Origin: the human T2T-CHM13v2.0 reference genome, Homo sapiens
Length of the DNA: 64,000 nt
Assembly: GCF_009914755.1 (NCBI RefSeq)
Contig: NC_060944.1
Strand: one strand, 5' to 3'
This document shows positions 23,900 through 37,279 of the stretch, one piece after another (the stretch's first letter is position 1; every line of letters starts with the position of its first letter). The notes under the pieces are model-generated. The model saw nothing but the letters and a program-made list of their open reading frames with translations. It had not been told where the DNA came from and did no database searches. The position numbers and the translations under genes are program-made.

Positions 23900-25708
23900 C
23901 TCCTTCTAAGCTGAGGTTGTGCAGAGGCTGTAACTAGGAAGGGGAACCATCTAGGAAGATTTGAGTGAAAGTTCCAGTTCATGGGGGCCCTGGAAGCAGC
24001 AAGAAATAGATCATATCTGGTTCTTATGAAAATTATCTTTTTCCTCTGCTGCTTCTTTCAGAGGCTAAGAGGTTCCATTTCAGGTTTCCTGAGTTTCTGC
24101 ACAGTGATTGTGACCTTTCTTTCCTTTCATCTTTCACTTCTGGTAGAAAGGGAGAGTAACGAGATGAAGACTTTATTAGGAAATGAACACAGCAAAGTAA
24201 CACTACTTGGCCATTTGAGATAGCACATTGGCAAGAGTGTCAGGGATGCTGCTAAGGATGGTGCAAGGCCAGGCTGGACTCAGACCCTGAGCTCAGACAC
24301 AGGAGTCTCAGGGTGATCTTTTAGAAGCTCCAGGGTCCCTCTAGGGGTAGTAGAGAAGACAGAAGGAGCTATGTGACGGAGGGAATTCCTAGGCATGTAT
24401 CTGAAAGGTGTCTTTGAAAAAGTAATAATTTGTACCAACTGAGAGCATCATGGATGTTCCATGACTATCAACACAGGAATGTTTTTCTATTAATGGACTG
24501 GACTGGTATGTTTTCCATTTGGAGGATAACCCAGGGGTTCCACAGTGAGCTAATCATTCTTGAGAGGTTGGGATATATTTCTTTGATTTTGCCCCAAAGA
24601 AGAGGATGTTTTTAGGAGTCTTGAGAGCCCGTGCATCTATCACTGCAAGCTCTTTTCGTTCTAGGATGCTCAGTTCTCTCTTTAACTTGACCCCCATTGG
24701 GGCTGCCCCCCCATATCAGAAATGTAGACAGAGCTAGGTCCCTACTAGGCTGTAAGTACCATGACCAAAGGAGCCATGGCTCTAGATCTGGCCAAAGATG
24801 ATTTGGGAAGTGTAATTATCTCTTGGCTTTCTCAGCTAACTTCGGACTCTGTGCTTCTCTAAGCTCAGGATGTCCTAAACCCATCTTCTCTGGAGAAATC
24901 AGGTAGACAAGAGATGAGAGGACTCTGGTCTCCCTACAAGTTTCCTTGGCCTCTCCCAGAACCCTCAAAAACCCAGAATGTGAGTTCCAGTGTAATCCAT
25001 CAGTGCAGAAAAGAATGTGTGTGGTTTGTTTAAGAAGAAGCACACCCTATGTGGAAACACACATCTGCTGGGTTTTTGGTGGGATGTGCTCTGCTCAGCC
25101 TAGAGAGTCAGGCAGTGGAGAATGTGTCTGCCCATAGGTGGCAGTACCCAGGTGAGTTCTACAGAAACTAGACTGCAATGAGGTCCTAAACTTACAGCAA
25201 ATCAATAAAAATCCTAAGTAGGCCCTGATCTATCTATGAAAATATCTCCCTCCCCTAATTTCCACTCTTTCACCTAACTGGGGACAAGGGAAGTAAAAAC
25301 TCCTTAGGAAAATGGGAGAAATTTTGGCACTATATTCTAGTATAAATGGTTAATTTTCTGAAGTTCAAAAAATTGGTTAAAGGTCATAAAAGAAGAAGAG
25401 GATTCATTTGCTTGTTTAATAACTTACTAAACAACATCTTTGGCAAGAACTTACGCTCAGTTAAGGGAAATAACAACAGAGTCTCAACGCTAGCTTTGAG
25501 TTTGGAGTTTGCTCTGAAAGATAATACTTCCTGTTGCCTCTTTATTGTTATATCACAAGTGTATAACAAAGTGGTTGAACTTGATTAGGATGTTTATATA
25601 GCTGATTACAAAAAAAAGGAAATGGACATTTATTGAGTGTTTACTATGTGCCCAACACTTTCTCATCTAATAAATATTGTAGTGTAATGCTGGTCACACT
25701 CAAACACT

Positions 25709-25806
25709 CAGTGGATTGTAGCTGTCAATCCACTGATTATTGGATTGACAATAATTGATAAATTACTGGATTGACAATCCACTGATCATTGGATGGACAA
25801 CTACAA
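25709..25806. repeat. Nest of short direct and inverted repeats
   Basis: caatccactga x2, tggat(t/g)gaca x3, cagtggattg; ~22-bp outer inverted arms. Confidence 0.85.
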
Positions 25807-26003
25807 GCCAAAAAATGCCTGGAGCCACCAGAAGCTGGAAGAGGTGATGAGTTTTCTCCCAAAAGCCGTTAGAAGGAGCATGGTTCTGCAGACCCCTTGA
25901 TTTCAAACTTCTGACTTCCAGACTAGTGAGGAAATAAATTTTTGTTGTTTTAAGCCACCAATTTTATAGTAGTTTTTTGTGGCAGGCCTAGAAAAGTAAT
26001 ACA
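25785..26003 (+). mobile_element. MLT1 (B/C/D-like) LTR, 3' half
   Basis: gccaccagaagctggaagagg...aataaatttttgttgttttaagccacc...gtaataca. Confidence 0.85.
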
Positions 26004-26214
26004 ACCACCTAATATAAGTATGACCTTAAACTTATCCTCCCTCAGCTTGGATTCCCTGTATCAGAAAATTGGAAAAATACTAAGGGTTGTTGTAAAGGTT
26101 CCACAAGAAACACATTGGAATTATTGCTCATAGAATGGGAACTGGAGATAAAGGAGATTAATTAAACAATTATTGTCTTTGCCTGAACCAGTGACAATAC
26201 CATGCTAGGAACTA

Positions 26215-26380
26215 TATCTAAGGTTCAAAGACTGTGTGGGATCCAAATTTTGCCACTTAATGTCTGTGATCCTGGGAATCTTAGGTGGGTGTAAGTAAAC
26301 TGTGACAGAATTTATCTATGAGGATAAAAATGGTGCTGGCTTATTGAGTGGTTGTGAGCTTTGAATAGATAATGCAAACA
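26215..26380 (+). mobile_element. MIR
   Basis: gggatccaaattttgccacttaatgtctgtgatcctggg. Confidence 0.55.
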
Positions 26381-27165
26381 CAATCAGTCCTTCTCTCGTG
26401 TTTATTTTGAAAATGGGATTTGTTCCAAAGTAATTGATATATTAGAGAATAATCTGAGCATAATGTGAATTCTGTGTCTGCTTATATTGAATTTCATCCA
26501 CAAGAAACACTAGGTGAATACAGAAAATTATAACCCAATGAACTGAGCTGTGTAGGAATACAGAAAACACACGTTGATATGGTTTGGCTCCGTGTCCCCA
26601 CCCAAATCTCATGTAGAATTGTAATCCTCAGTGTTGGAGGGGAGGGGTCGGGTGAGAGGTGTGGATCATGGAGGCAGACTTCCTCCTTGCTGTTCTCATA
26701 ATAGTGAGTGAGTTCTCACGAGATCTGGTTAACAATGCCCTTTGTGCTCTCTCTCCTCCACCATGTAAAGAGGTACCTACTTCTCCTTCTCCTTCTACCA
26801 TGATTGTAAGTTTCCTGAGGCCTCCCCAGCCATGCTTCCTGGAGAGCCTATGGAACGGTGAGCCAATTAAACTTATTTTGTTTATAAATTACCCAGTCTC
26901 AGGTAGTTCTTTATAGCAATGCGAAAATGGACTAATATGCACATGTACACATCTCAAACATCTACCATCTCCTCAGCCACATGTGTTAAGAGTCATATTC
27001 ATCCACTCTTAGTGTTACAACCTTCCATCTGATTTCAGACGACTCTCCTTCATAACAACTGACAAGCTGCAACCCAATGCCCAGGAAACTTATTTTGCAA
27101 GTAATCCTCAGATCTATTTAAAGGTAAAGTGCCATATTTATGGTAATATTTATGTATGTCTAACC
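26381..27165 (+). mobile_element. MER82 (TcMar-Tigger) split by an MST LTR
   Basis: ttttgaaaatgggatttgttccaaagtaattgatatattag...gaaacactaggtgaa; resumes ctcaaacatctacca. Confidence 0.75.
26575..26939 (+). mobile_element. MSTA-like MaLR solo LTR
   Basis: tgatatggtttggctccgtgtccccacccaaatctc...ataaattacccagtctcaggtagttctttatagca; TSD cac(g/a)t. Confidence 0.9.
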
Positions 27166-27169
27166 CTGG

Positions 27170-27394
27170 AAGCAATGACTGGAATCCCTGCTTCCATCTC
27201 CACATGACCTTCTTCCTTGGCTCTCTGTGTCTCAAATCTCTCTCTTCTCTCTCTTTTAAAGTGACCTCATCTCCAGATTTATAACTTAGTTACATTTGCA
27301 GAGACTCTATTTCCAAATAAGGTCGCATTCACTGGTACCAGGGTTTGTATACAGGACACATATTTTTGGGGGGGACGTCCTTCAACCCAGTACA
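27170..27394 (-). mobile_element. MLT1C-like LTR fragment
   Basis: ttacatttgcagagactctatttccaaataaggtcgcattc...ttcaacccagtaca. Confidence 0.75.
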
Positions 27395-27836
27395 GTGGTA
27401 TGATGGCCAGTTGTACCTTGGTCCTTTGAAAAGAAGCACATTGCTATTTCTGCTAGACCATAAAGCCACCCAGCATTTGAAGTGCAGAGACATATACTCC
27501 ATTCCCTACAGATACAGTAAGATTTTAAAATACTGAAGCTGATAAGCTCTATCTTTGGCAGAACTTAGTTTTGCATCCTTCTGCCAATTGCCTTCCCCCA
27601 CTCTTGGGGGATATCTATAGAGGATCACTTCAGTATCTAAGTGGAAAGCTTTATGGGAAGAGGATCTATAGGTTCTTCTAGGTGCTAGGAAGAGCTTTGT
27701 GTTGCAGGTGAGCACACCTGGGGCCTGTAGATGTGCTTGGGGGATAGAATTCAAGTCTTTCTGAAGCAGACCTTCCTTCTGGACTCAGGGATGAAACTCT
27801 TGCAGCCTCTAGTCAGGACACCAAATTACCTAGATC

Positions 27837-28024
27837 AGTGCTTCTCTGACTTTAATGTATGAAAGAATAACCTGGAATATTTGTTAAAATACAGAATCCT
27901 GGACTTTACCTGCAGAGATTCTCCTTTAGTAGGTCTGAGCTGGGCCCAAGATTTTGCATTTCTAACAAAGTTTTAGGTGATGCTTTTGCCACTGATTAGG
28001 AGAACCACTATCTGAGCAACACTG
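27837..28024. mobile_element. MER5A hAT-Charlie
   Basis: cagtgcttctc...ttgcatttctaacaa...gcaacactg; ctag-centred target site. Confidence 0.85.
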
Positions 28025-28649
28025 ATCTAGGCGGATTGTACAAAAAGCCATGTGGGTCAGTCTTTGTATGTATCATAGTGAAAAATGGTACAAAAAGAGC
28101 AGTTCAAAGTATTTAAAAGTAATTCTTATTTGGACTCTTGCTTCTTAAGAAACATTAAAAAGGATTGAATTTATAAGCTAGAGCAATAGCTCTCAAAAAC
28201 TTTTCTGTGCTTTCCCAATTCTTTCACCCCTATGGCAGAACAGATTTTTTTAATTCAAATCCTGAACTCTTCCTCATTAAGCTCTGGACTTTCCTCTTTT
28301 TCTGCCTCTTAAGTCCTCTGACTCTGATTCTCAAAATTCTAGAATCTAAGTTGTTAAAGAAAAAATTCTCCCAGAGGCAGAAGTGAAGGGTGGAGCTGGC
28401 AAGGCAGATAACACTCCCAAGTTGATAAATCTTGTATCTCCCAAAGTTATTAATATTTCACATCTAAACTCCAAAGGGAAACCTCACTGATCCAAAGTGA
28501 CCTGCAACCACTCAAGATAATGTTTCTTTTTTAAATAATTTAACTTTTTGTGACAGAAAAGCAAGGGCAAGTGTGTCTTTAGTAGCTCCATTAACCTATA
28601 ATTTTCCCTATAATGCCACTGAGATTGGAAGTGTTGTTACTTTAAAAAA

Positions 28650-28900
28650 AAGTCTACTTGAGACAAACTTGTTGATTATATTATCAGAATTTCTTTATAC
28701 AGGCTGATTTTTGGTCTTCTGCAGAAAGTGGTATGTTAAATTTTTCCTTATAATTGTGTTTTCATCAAATCCTTTGTACATTTAGAACTATTTGCCTTAT
28801 GTAACATGCTGCTATGTTGTTTGCAGCATAAACATTTTGGGTTGCTAAAAAGATGGATTTATATTTACCCATTTTCATCTATCACTTATGTGAGGGATTA
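28650..28900 (-). mobile_element. Old L1 fragment
   Basis: gaaagtggtatgttaaatttttccttataattgtg...gctatgttgtttgcagcata. Confidence 0.5.
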
Positions 28901-29559
28901 GTCTATAAATATTATTTTTAAAGCAATAGAACTCTTTTCTCAAAGTGAATCTAAAGCAAAACCCCAATATATAAAACATTAGCTGCTTAGACCTAGAGGA
29001 GATGGGTCTGGTCCAGCAGTTTTCAACCAGGCTCTGCAAATAAATAAATAAATAAATAAACCCCATGGATCACAATTTGAGTAAATATTTTCCAGGCTAT
29101 CCTTAGGATAGTACATAGAAAATGGGTTAGGGCTGTAGGGCTTCCCTAGAACCTGGGTTGAGAGGGTTGTGAGGTCTGTGGCCTGGTAGAGAGGCACTTT
29201 CAACAAATTAGCGTTATTGTGCTTCCTTCAGACAATGCTTCCCCCAAAATGCATATGGTTAATTGGGATTATGCACTCTGATAGTGATTGAAAAAATCTC
29301 TCCATCCAGTCTATGGTTAGTGATGATCCCAGATACAGGTGAAAGAGGACAGGAGCCCAGCTACAGGAAAAGTCATCAGGTCAAGGAAATTCATGATGTA
29401 TGCACAGAGTAATTATTAAGATATTTTTCTGATATTTCATATCTCTTTCCTTCTCCTTTTTTCTACCTCCACCGCCTCCTTTGGTGGGACTTACTAGAGT
29501 ATGGAGTGAGAATTAGAGATGAAATGTGTCCCTCTCGCAGAATCCGCAGAATCTGCTTA

Positions 29560-29850
29560 GCTGGAAGTTAGCCCCTGGAGGGCAGCAACTTGTCTGACCT
29601 GCTCTCGGCTACATCCCTAGCACCTAGGATCGTTCCTTGGTGGGTGCATGAGTGGGTGACTGACTAGTGGGTGACTAGTCCTTGACAGAGTGGGTGTCAT
29701 GGACTAATTGGAGAGACAGATATGAACAAATACTTTTGAAATGATATGATACATGATGACATAGATATACCCTGACTCCTAATGAAGCACAAGAGAAGGA
29801 TGGATGAAACCTATGTGTGGAAATTAGACCAGGGAAAGTATCACGAAGGA
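29560..29850. mobile_element. Two opposed L2 fragments (+ 29560-29660, - 29680-29850)
   Basis: ggagggcagcaacttgtctg...ccctagcacctag; ggagagacagatatgaacaaata. Confidence 0.5.
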
Positions 29851-30028
29851 CAGATGTTATTACCTAGGACTCTTTCCCCATCTCTGAGTTGGCCATGCAC
29901 AGGGGTAAATGGGACAGCTGGATGCTGCAACTGGTGGAGGAAGGCTAACACAGAGTTGCATGGTGTTATTAAATGTCCCAGTTTCCAGTCTGAGAGTCAG
30001 GATTAGTCTCATTTAAGAAACATGATCT

Positions 30029-30324
30029 GGCCGGATGCTGCAGTGGCTCACACCTGTAATCCCAGCAATTTGGGAGGGCGAGGTGGGTGGATCACTTGAG
30101 GCCAGGAGTTCAAGACCAGGCTGGCCAACATGATGAAACCCCATCTCCACTAAAAATAAGAAAATTAGCCAGGTGTGGTGGCACACACCTGTAATCCCAG
30201 TTACTCTGGAGGCTGAGGTAGAAGAATCGCTTGAACCCTGGGAGGTGGAGGTTGCAGTGAGCTGAGATCACACCACTGCACTCCAGCCTGAGTGACAGAG
30301 TGAGACCCTGTCTCAAAAAAAAAA
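30029..30324 (+). mobile_element. Alu (S/Jb type), full length
   Basis: Alu dimer with A tail. Confidence 0.96.
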
Positions 30325-31057
30325 ATTATCCTTGTGACACAGGTATGATACTTCCTTTGTTATTGGTTGAGTAATCGATAGAGTTGAATAGTATGTTCAT
30401 TTTAGGTCACTGGGGTCTGGCAGGCAATAAGTGGTCTAATGGGTTGCTGGCTCCTTTTTGCTGATCCACTAAGGCAGTGTTGTTACAGGATTTTTCAATG
30501 AAAAAAAGAATCCAATGGGAGGAAGGTCACTGAAGCTATACCTGCTTTGTTTCATGGGACAAATATTATGCCTTGCCTTACCCAGGAATTCTAATATGCA
30601 CTCCTATCTTGTGGATCACATCTAAAAGTAGAAGTCACTGTATTTTTTTTCCTTATGAACCATCTTCAAGAAGATTTAGTTGAGCTTTACCTCTGAAAAG
30701 AATCAACATTTTTCAATTCCCAAATATAAAATTTCATTTGAAACTTCCATGTGCTTTTTTGAATGTACCCCACCCCTGAAAACCTGCTCGAGAGGCCAGT
30801 GCACCCCTCTAGATAGGGATTATTGGGTGAGATGATGGAAATAAAAAACGAAAATGGGTTCTTTTTCTCAGATAGCTACTGTCTTACTCAAAAGGAGATT
30901 AAAAGTAAATTAAGAAAAAATAAAAGTAACTTCAAGTATAAAACCATTAAGAACAATGCTTAAAGGAATTGCAGGAACAAAATCAAACAAAGCAAAACAG
31001 AAATGCCTACAAAAAAGAGCTGTAAATATTAGTCTCAAGGAAAAAATAAGAGCAAAA

Positions 31058-31230
31058 GTTATATATATTCTCTGTATATATATATGTATATGTATAGTAT
31101 ATATATATGTATATGTATATGTATAGTATATGTATATATTTCTATAGACTAATATATTACACATATATACATATATAGACTATATGTATACACACAAATA
31201 CAATATACACACATACACATGTACACACAC
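31058..31230. repeat. Compound (TA)/(TATG)/(CA) microsatellite
   Basis: Direct reading. Confidence 0.9.
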
Positions 31231-31261
31231 TAAGGTCTACTAAAACACACACAAGGCTTCC

Positions 31262-31616
31262 TATGCACCTGTCTGTGTCTCCCTGCCCAAGGACTTTACC
31301 TGGCCCCTTCAGCAGTGTGAGGTTACTGAAGTTCACTCTCCAGGAGCTCTATAACCAGTGATGGACAAGAGTTTCTGGAAAAATATCCAGCTTCCCATCT
31401 CTCCATGGGAGAACTCTAGGGTATGTTCAGCATTTTTTAGTGGGCCCCAGTGGGATCCAGCTCCAAGTGCTCACAGGGATAGCAGGTATATTATACCACC
31501 CTTTTGCTGGCTTTCTTCACTTCCACACTTTTTCACTCTGCTGCTCTGGATCCAGAATAATCATTTCTCACCTAAATCCTCAGGGGCTGCTTTTGGGAGA
31601 ATTCAGACTAAGGCAG
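31262..31616 (+). mobile_element. LTR16A-like ERVL solo LTR
   Basis: ccccagtgggatccagctccaagtgctcacag...gctgcttttgggagaattcagactaaggca. Confidence 0.7.
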
Positions 31617-32789
31617 TACACCATAGACACACCTTTCAAGTTTGTCAAAAATTTATTCAGGTATTTTAAAAAAATGATGCAGTTCAAAGAGATACTTCTA
31701 TTTCTTTATCTAGATATATCCTTCTTATTTATATTAATGTTATTAGATTTATCTACATCTCTATTCAGTGCTATTGAAATAAAATAATTGAAAATAATTT
31801 CTATGCTAAATTCCCATTTGTAATTATTTATAACTTTCAAGAGACTTTGAGTCCAATAGATTTTTAGTCACTTTATGTAAAATCTCACTTTTTTTTCTTT
31901 TAAATTTTATTTGGCAGAAGACTTGGCCTGTCCCATATGGTGAGTGCATGTGAAGTCCCTTGGTGGAAAGTGATTCTTTATATTTGTTTTCCTGAAAATT
32001 TATTGTCAGAACATTGTTTTGGAATATGTGTAATTCCTCTAGGGGGTTAAATGTGGGTGGTGAGCTGTGTAGAGAAATATTACTTATGACCCATCCTGGG
32101 CAGTGATATTCTCTTACATATTTAGTCTGGCTTTGAGTACCTAGTTGATGTTAAACAAATGCTAATTAATAATAACCTAATAGAAAATGGATTTAGGGCA
32201 AACAAATGCAATGCCTAATGACATCCTAGATTTTTCAAACAACATTCATCACATTTATTTTAGTCTTCTCAAACTGAAGCCATTATTTCAAGTCAGTTCT
32301 GCAGAAAAGAGGAGGTTAGGTTTGAGTGTGTTTTTTTTTTTTCCCAGAATATTCCATTCTGTAGGTGCCTGTAATTCCTGGGCTGAGATGAGGTAGCTGT
32401 GTGCAGTGGGGATGTATAGGATGAGCTGTAAGTTTCCTCTATAAGCCTGAGGTTCTTTCTTCTCCAAAGAGGACACTCACTGAAATTTAGTGCATCATCC
32501 AGGAAACTGTGTTATTCCAAAAGAAGATAAAAGTTTTATTTAATTAATAGCATGGCTGAAACCACAGACTCCCCCATTTATAACCTGGATTGGCGCCAAG
32601 ATCAGGATCAATAAGAATGCAAATGTGGTGTTAACACCTTCTTCCTCTCAAGAACTGTTTTATCCCTCACTTATCCCCATTCTTCCATAGAGACCATCTA
32701 GAGTTAGTTATTCATGTTCTGGACCCACACGCTTTCCAACTTTTCTTCCTCATTCTGGACCTGCCATATCTTTCAGCCACGGTTCCTCC

Positions 32790-33180
32790 AAGATGAACAA
32801 ATAAACACGTGATGAAATATTATTCCACCTTAAAAGTGAAGGGAGTCCTACTGTATGTAGGATGAACATGGATAAACCTGGAGGACATTAATCTAAGTGA
32901 ATAAGCTAGTCACAGAATGACAAGTATTACGTGATTCCACTTACATGAGGTATACAAAATAGTCAGACACACAGAGAGTAAATAGTGGTTGCCAAAACCT
33001 GGAGGGAGGGGGAAATCGGGGAGTTGCTATTCAATCAGCTTTAAGTTATAGTTTTGAAAGATACTTCTAGAGATTTTCCTGTACAACACTATGTTTATAA
33101 TTAACATTGCATTGTACACTTAAAATTTTAAGCAGATCTCATGTTAAGTGTTCTTACACAATAAAAAATAAGAATAATTA
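32790..33180 (+). mobile_element. L1MB 3' end
   Basis: catggataaacctggaggacatta...agatctcatgttaagtgttcttacacaataaaa. Confidence 0.85.
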
Positions 33181-33189
33181 AGAAGACAT

Positions 33190-33575
33190 ATTTAGGTTTC
33201 CATTTCTACCACGTTCTTCTCTGAGCTTCAGTTTACTTCTCTGGAAGTAGTGATAATACCAACCTAGTGTCATTATGAGAACTAAATGTGATAATGTTTA
33301 TTGGATGTCTGGCACGTCAGTGACAGAAAATGAATGCCAGTTTTATGCCCATTAGAGAGGTGTGCAAGGCTTAGTGTAAGCAAAGGCTCTAGAGCTGAAT
33401 TCTGCCTTTGTTACTTGTGTGGTTTTGAGGAAGTCTTTTAATCTCTTGCTCTTTGACTCAGTTTCCCCATCAGTTAAATAGGGGCAATAATATTATCTAA
33501 AATAGAGGGTTATTTTGAGAATTAAATAAGGCAGTGTGTGTAAAGTGTTCTATGGATGTTTGCCATATTATTATT
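33190..33575 (+). mobile_element. Two tandem MIR fragments
   Basis: ctctgagcttcagttt; ctcagtttccccatcagttaaatagggg. Confidence 0.65.
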
Positions 33576-34205
33576 ATTCGTTTCCTAGGGAAATGAGTAG
33601 TCCTTCTTCATTATCTCTTAATACAGTTCTATTATTCTGTGATTCTCCCTTCCTATGTAGGAAAAATGGGTTCTCATTGCTAAAACTTACTAAGGAAAAT
33701 GCTGATCTCCCAAAATAGCTATTGAGCAGTAATTTTCAAAATACATAGTAAACCCAAGCTATACATGAAAGGCTCTTAAACTAGGTCATTGCCGCGGGCT
33801 GCTTAGAGAGGGTGCCACTGGGGTGATTTATGTCTGGGGGGATTATTAATTAAACAAGAGGGTCTGTGTTTTTGAAAAATGCCTCTGCCACAGAAGAACT
33901 GTGCCTGAAGAGACATAAAGGAAGAGATGTGATTAGAGTGTATCTGTATCTCTCTCTATCTCTATATATATTCAAAAGATTATGCATTAAACATATTTTT
34001 TTTTCCCTGCATTTAATGCTTTCAAAGTTTTCATACATCTCTGTCCTGAGTTTGGACTGCTTTGGCAAACTCGCTGCCTTAAAGGAAATGATATGTGCAC
34101 ATGAAATTGCTGTGTCAATAAGAGATCGGTTCTTGTTTCTGAGGAACAGATGAAGATATTGGTGTGTGCGATATGTGTGTGCCAGTTCTAGCAGTGTTTG
34201 TTTAA

Positions 34206-34599
<394 letters not shown>

Positions 34600-34835
34600 T
34601 GAAAGTCTCTTGTAAGAATGTTGAAGGTTTTTTTTGTTTGTTTTCTTTTTTTTTTTTTTTGAAAAATTATTGTCAAGGACTCTCCCTGCATTCCTTCCAT
34701 CCTCTTTCTCAGTGACCTCTTCTTTGTCATTGCATTCTTGGGTTTTCTTTTACTTCATTACCCTAAAAAATTATCCTTCTTAATTTTGTCCTCTATTTGA
34801 TGAAAATATCTTTGTTGATTTTTTTCTGGTTATAA

Positions 34836-36280
34836 AGCACAGGACAATGGAACAGAATAGGAAACGCAAAAATAAAGCTGCACACCTATAGCTATCTGAT
34901 CCTTGACAAGGCTGAAAAAAAAAAAAAAGCAATGGGAAAGGGCTCCCTATTCAATTAATGGTGTGTGATAACCTGCCTAGCCATATGTAGGATGAAACTG
35001 GATGCCCAACTTTCACCATATACAAAAATTAACTCACAATTAAATATTTTAATGTAAGACCTCAAACAGTAAGAATCCTAGAAGAAAACCTAGGAAATGG
35101 TATTCTGGACATCAACCTTGGGAAAGAATTTATGAGTAAGTCCTCAAAAGCAATTGCAACAAAAAACAGACTTGACAAGTGGAAACTAAACCAAAGAGCT
35201 TCTGTACAGTAAAAGAAACTATCAACAGGGTAAACAGATATGCTACAGAATAGGAGAAAAGATTCACAAACGATGCAGCTGGAAAAGGTCTAATATCCAG
35301 AATGTATAAGAGAAACAAACAATTCAATAAACGAAAAGCAAATAACCCCATTAAAAACTGAGCAAAAGATATGAACAGACACTTCTCAAAAGAAGGTATA
35401 CAAGCAGCCAACAAACATGAAAAAAATGCTCCACATCATTAATCATCAGAGAAATGCAAATCAAAACCACAATGAAATACCATCTCACACCAGTTAGAAT
35501 GGCTACTATTAAAAGTCAAAACAACAATAGCAACAACAACAACAGATGCTGGGGAGGCTGTGGAGAAATGGTAGCACTTACACATTGTTGGTGGGAGAGT
35601 AAATGAGTTTAACCACTGTGGAAAGCAATTTGGAGATTTCTCAGAGAACTTAAAATGGAAGTACCATTTGACTCAGCAATCCCATTACTGGGTATATTCC
35701 CAAAGAGAAATAAAACATTTTGCCAAAAAGACACATGCACTCGTACGTTCATCATAGTATTACCCATAATAGCAAAGACACGCAGTCTATCTAGGTGACC
35801 ATAAATGGTGTATTGGACTATCTCCTTGTTGGTCAACCTAAAATAAAAACCTTTTCTGTTCTCAAAAAACAAACAAACAAACAAAAAAAAAGTTGCACAT
35901 ATACACCATGGAATACTATGTAGCCATAAAAAGAATGAAATCATGTCCTTTGCAGCAACATAAATGCAGCTAGAGGCCATTATCCTAAACTAATTAATGC
36001 AAGATCAGAAAACCAAATACTGCATGTTCTCACTTGTAAGTGGGAAATTAGCACTGGGTACACATGGACATAAAGATGAAAACAAGAGACACTGGGGACT
36101 ACGGAGCAGGTAGAGAGAGCGGGGGACAAGGGCTTCAAATGATCTATTGGGTACTATGCTCACTACCCGGGTGACAGGATCATTTGTACCTCAAACCTCA
36201 GCACCATGCAATATACCCATGTAGCAAACCTGCATATGTAACCTCTGGATCTAAAATAAAAAGTTGAAATTATTTAAAAG
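34836..36280 (+). mobile_element. L1PA15/16 or L1PB4-type, 5'-truncated (~1.4 kb)
   Basis: ORF2 3' end and 3' UTR: caatggaacagaatag...gcaaatcaaaaccacaatga...ctaaaataaaaagttgaa. Confidence 0.92.
35818..35891 (+). pseudogene. Very short polyadenylated retroposed stub inside L1
   Basis: ~46 nt non-L1 sequence, AATAAA 35842-35847, A/(AAAC)n tail from 35864. Confidence 0.6.
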
Positions 36281-37215
36281 GGCATAATTGTAAAAATTCA
36301 AGTAATACGGGTATGTAAAAATAATCACATCTAAGAGCAAAATGCCCTATTAATATTTTGGGATTCAGCCTTCCAGATTTTTTCTGTGCCTGCATATACA
36401 TGCTCACATACATGAAGTGTTTTGTAACCGGACTATATTATTCATGGTACAACATTAATATAGCTCTGTGTCTATTTGTCTTTAAATACAGCTCTATTGC
36501 ATTTGTTTTTAAAAGCTGCATAATATTTTTTAAATGTAGTAATTCATTTACCAGTTCTATAGGTAGGACCCCAGGTTTTTATCAACTTTGCTTAACAACC
36601 CTGATTCATGTATGTAATATCTTTACACAATTGCCTGGTCATTGCCTTAGAATGAAGTCCTAGAAGGTTAATGGCTGAAGTTAGGTATATGAACATTTAG
36701 TTTTGATGCATATTGATAAATTTTTCTCCAGAAAGATTGTTCAAGGCCAAATTCTCACAATAGTTTACGAGTGCATAGTTCTCCATGTCCCCAACAACAG
36801 GGGATAACATTGATCTTTATACTCTTTGACAATTTGATGGGCACAAAAAGACATATTGATGTTTAAATATGTATTTCTTTGAATATCTGAGGTTGAGCAT
36901 CTTTTTCCTCTGTATATTATATCCCATTGTATATACCTTTTGAGAATTGCTTGTTCATGTTCTTTCCCATGTTTTCCACTGGAATTTTCATTTTAAGATT
37001 AATTTGTATGATCTGCATTGATTGAGAATATTAACCATTTTTATGTCATATATTGTGTAAAGATTACTCCAAGTTTTATTTAACACTGTATGTATCTTTG
37101 ATTACAGTGTTTTTGTCCATATGAAGTTTTATTTTTTATGAATAAATTTGTTAATTATTTCCTTTAAGATTTTTGGCCTTGATGACAAGCTAATAATGGC
37201 CATCTTCACTCCATA
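36281..37215 (-). mobile_element. L1ME-type 3' region
   Basis: gaggttgagcatcttttt...ttttgagaattgcttgttcatgt. Confidence 0.7.
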
Positions 37216-37279
37216 ATGGTAAAATTAAATATACACAAATTTGATATTACACATATAGGGAAAATATAAAGTTTACATT

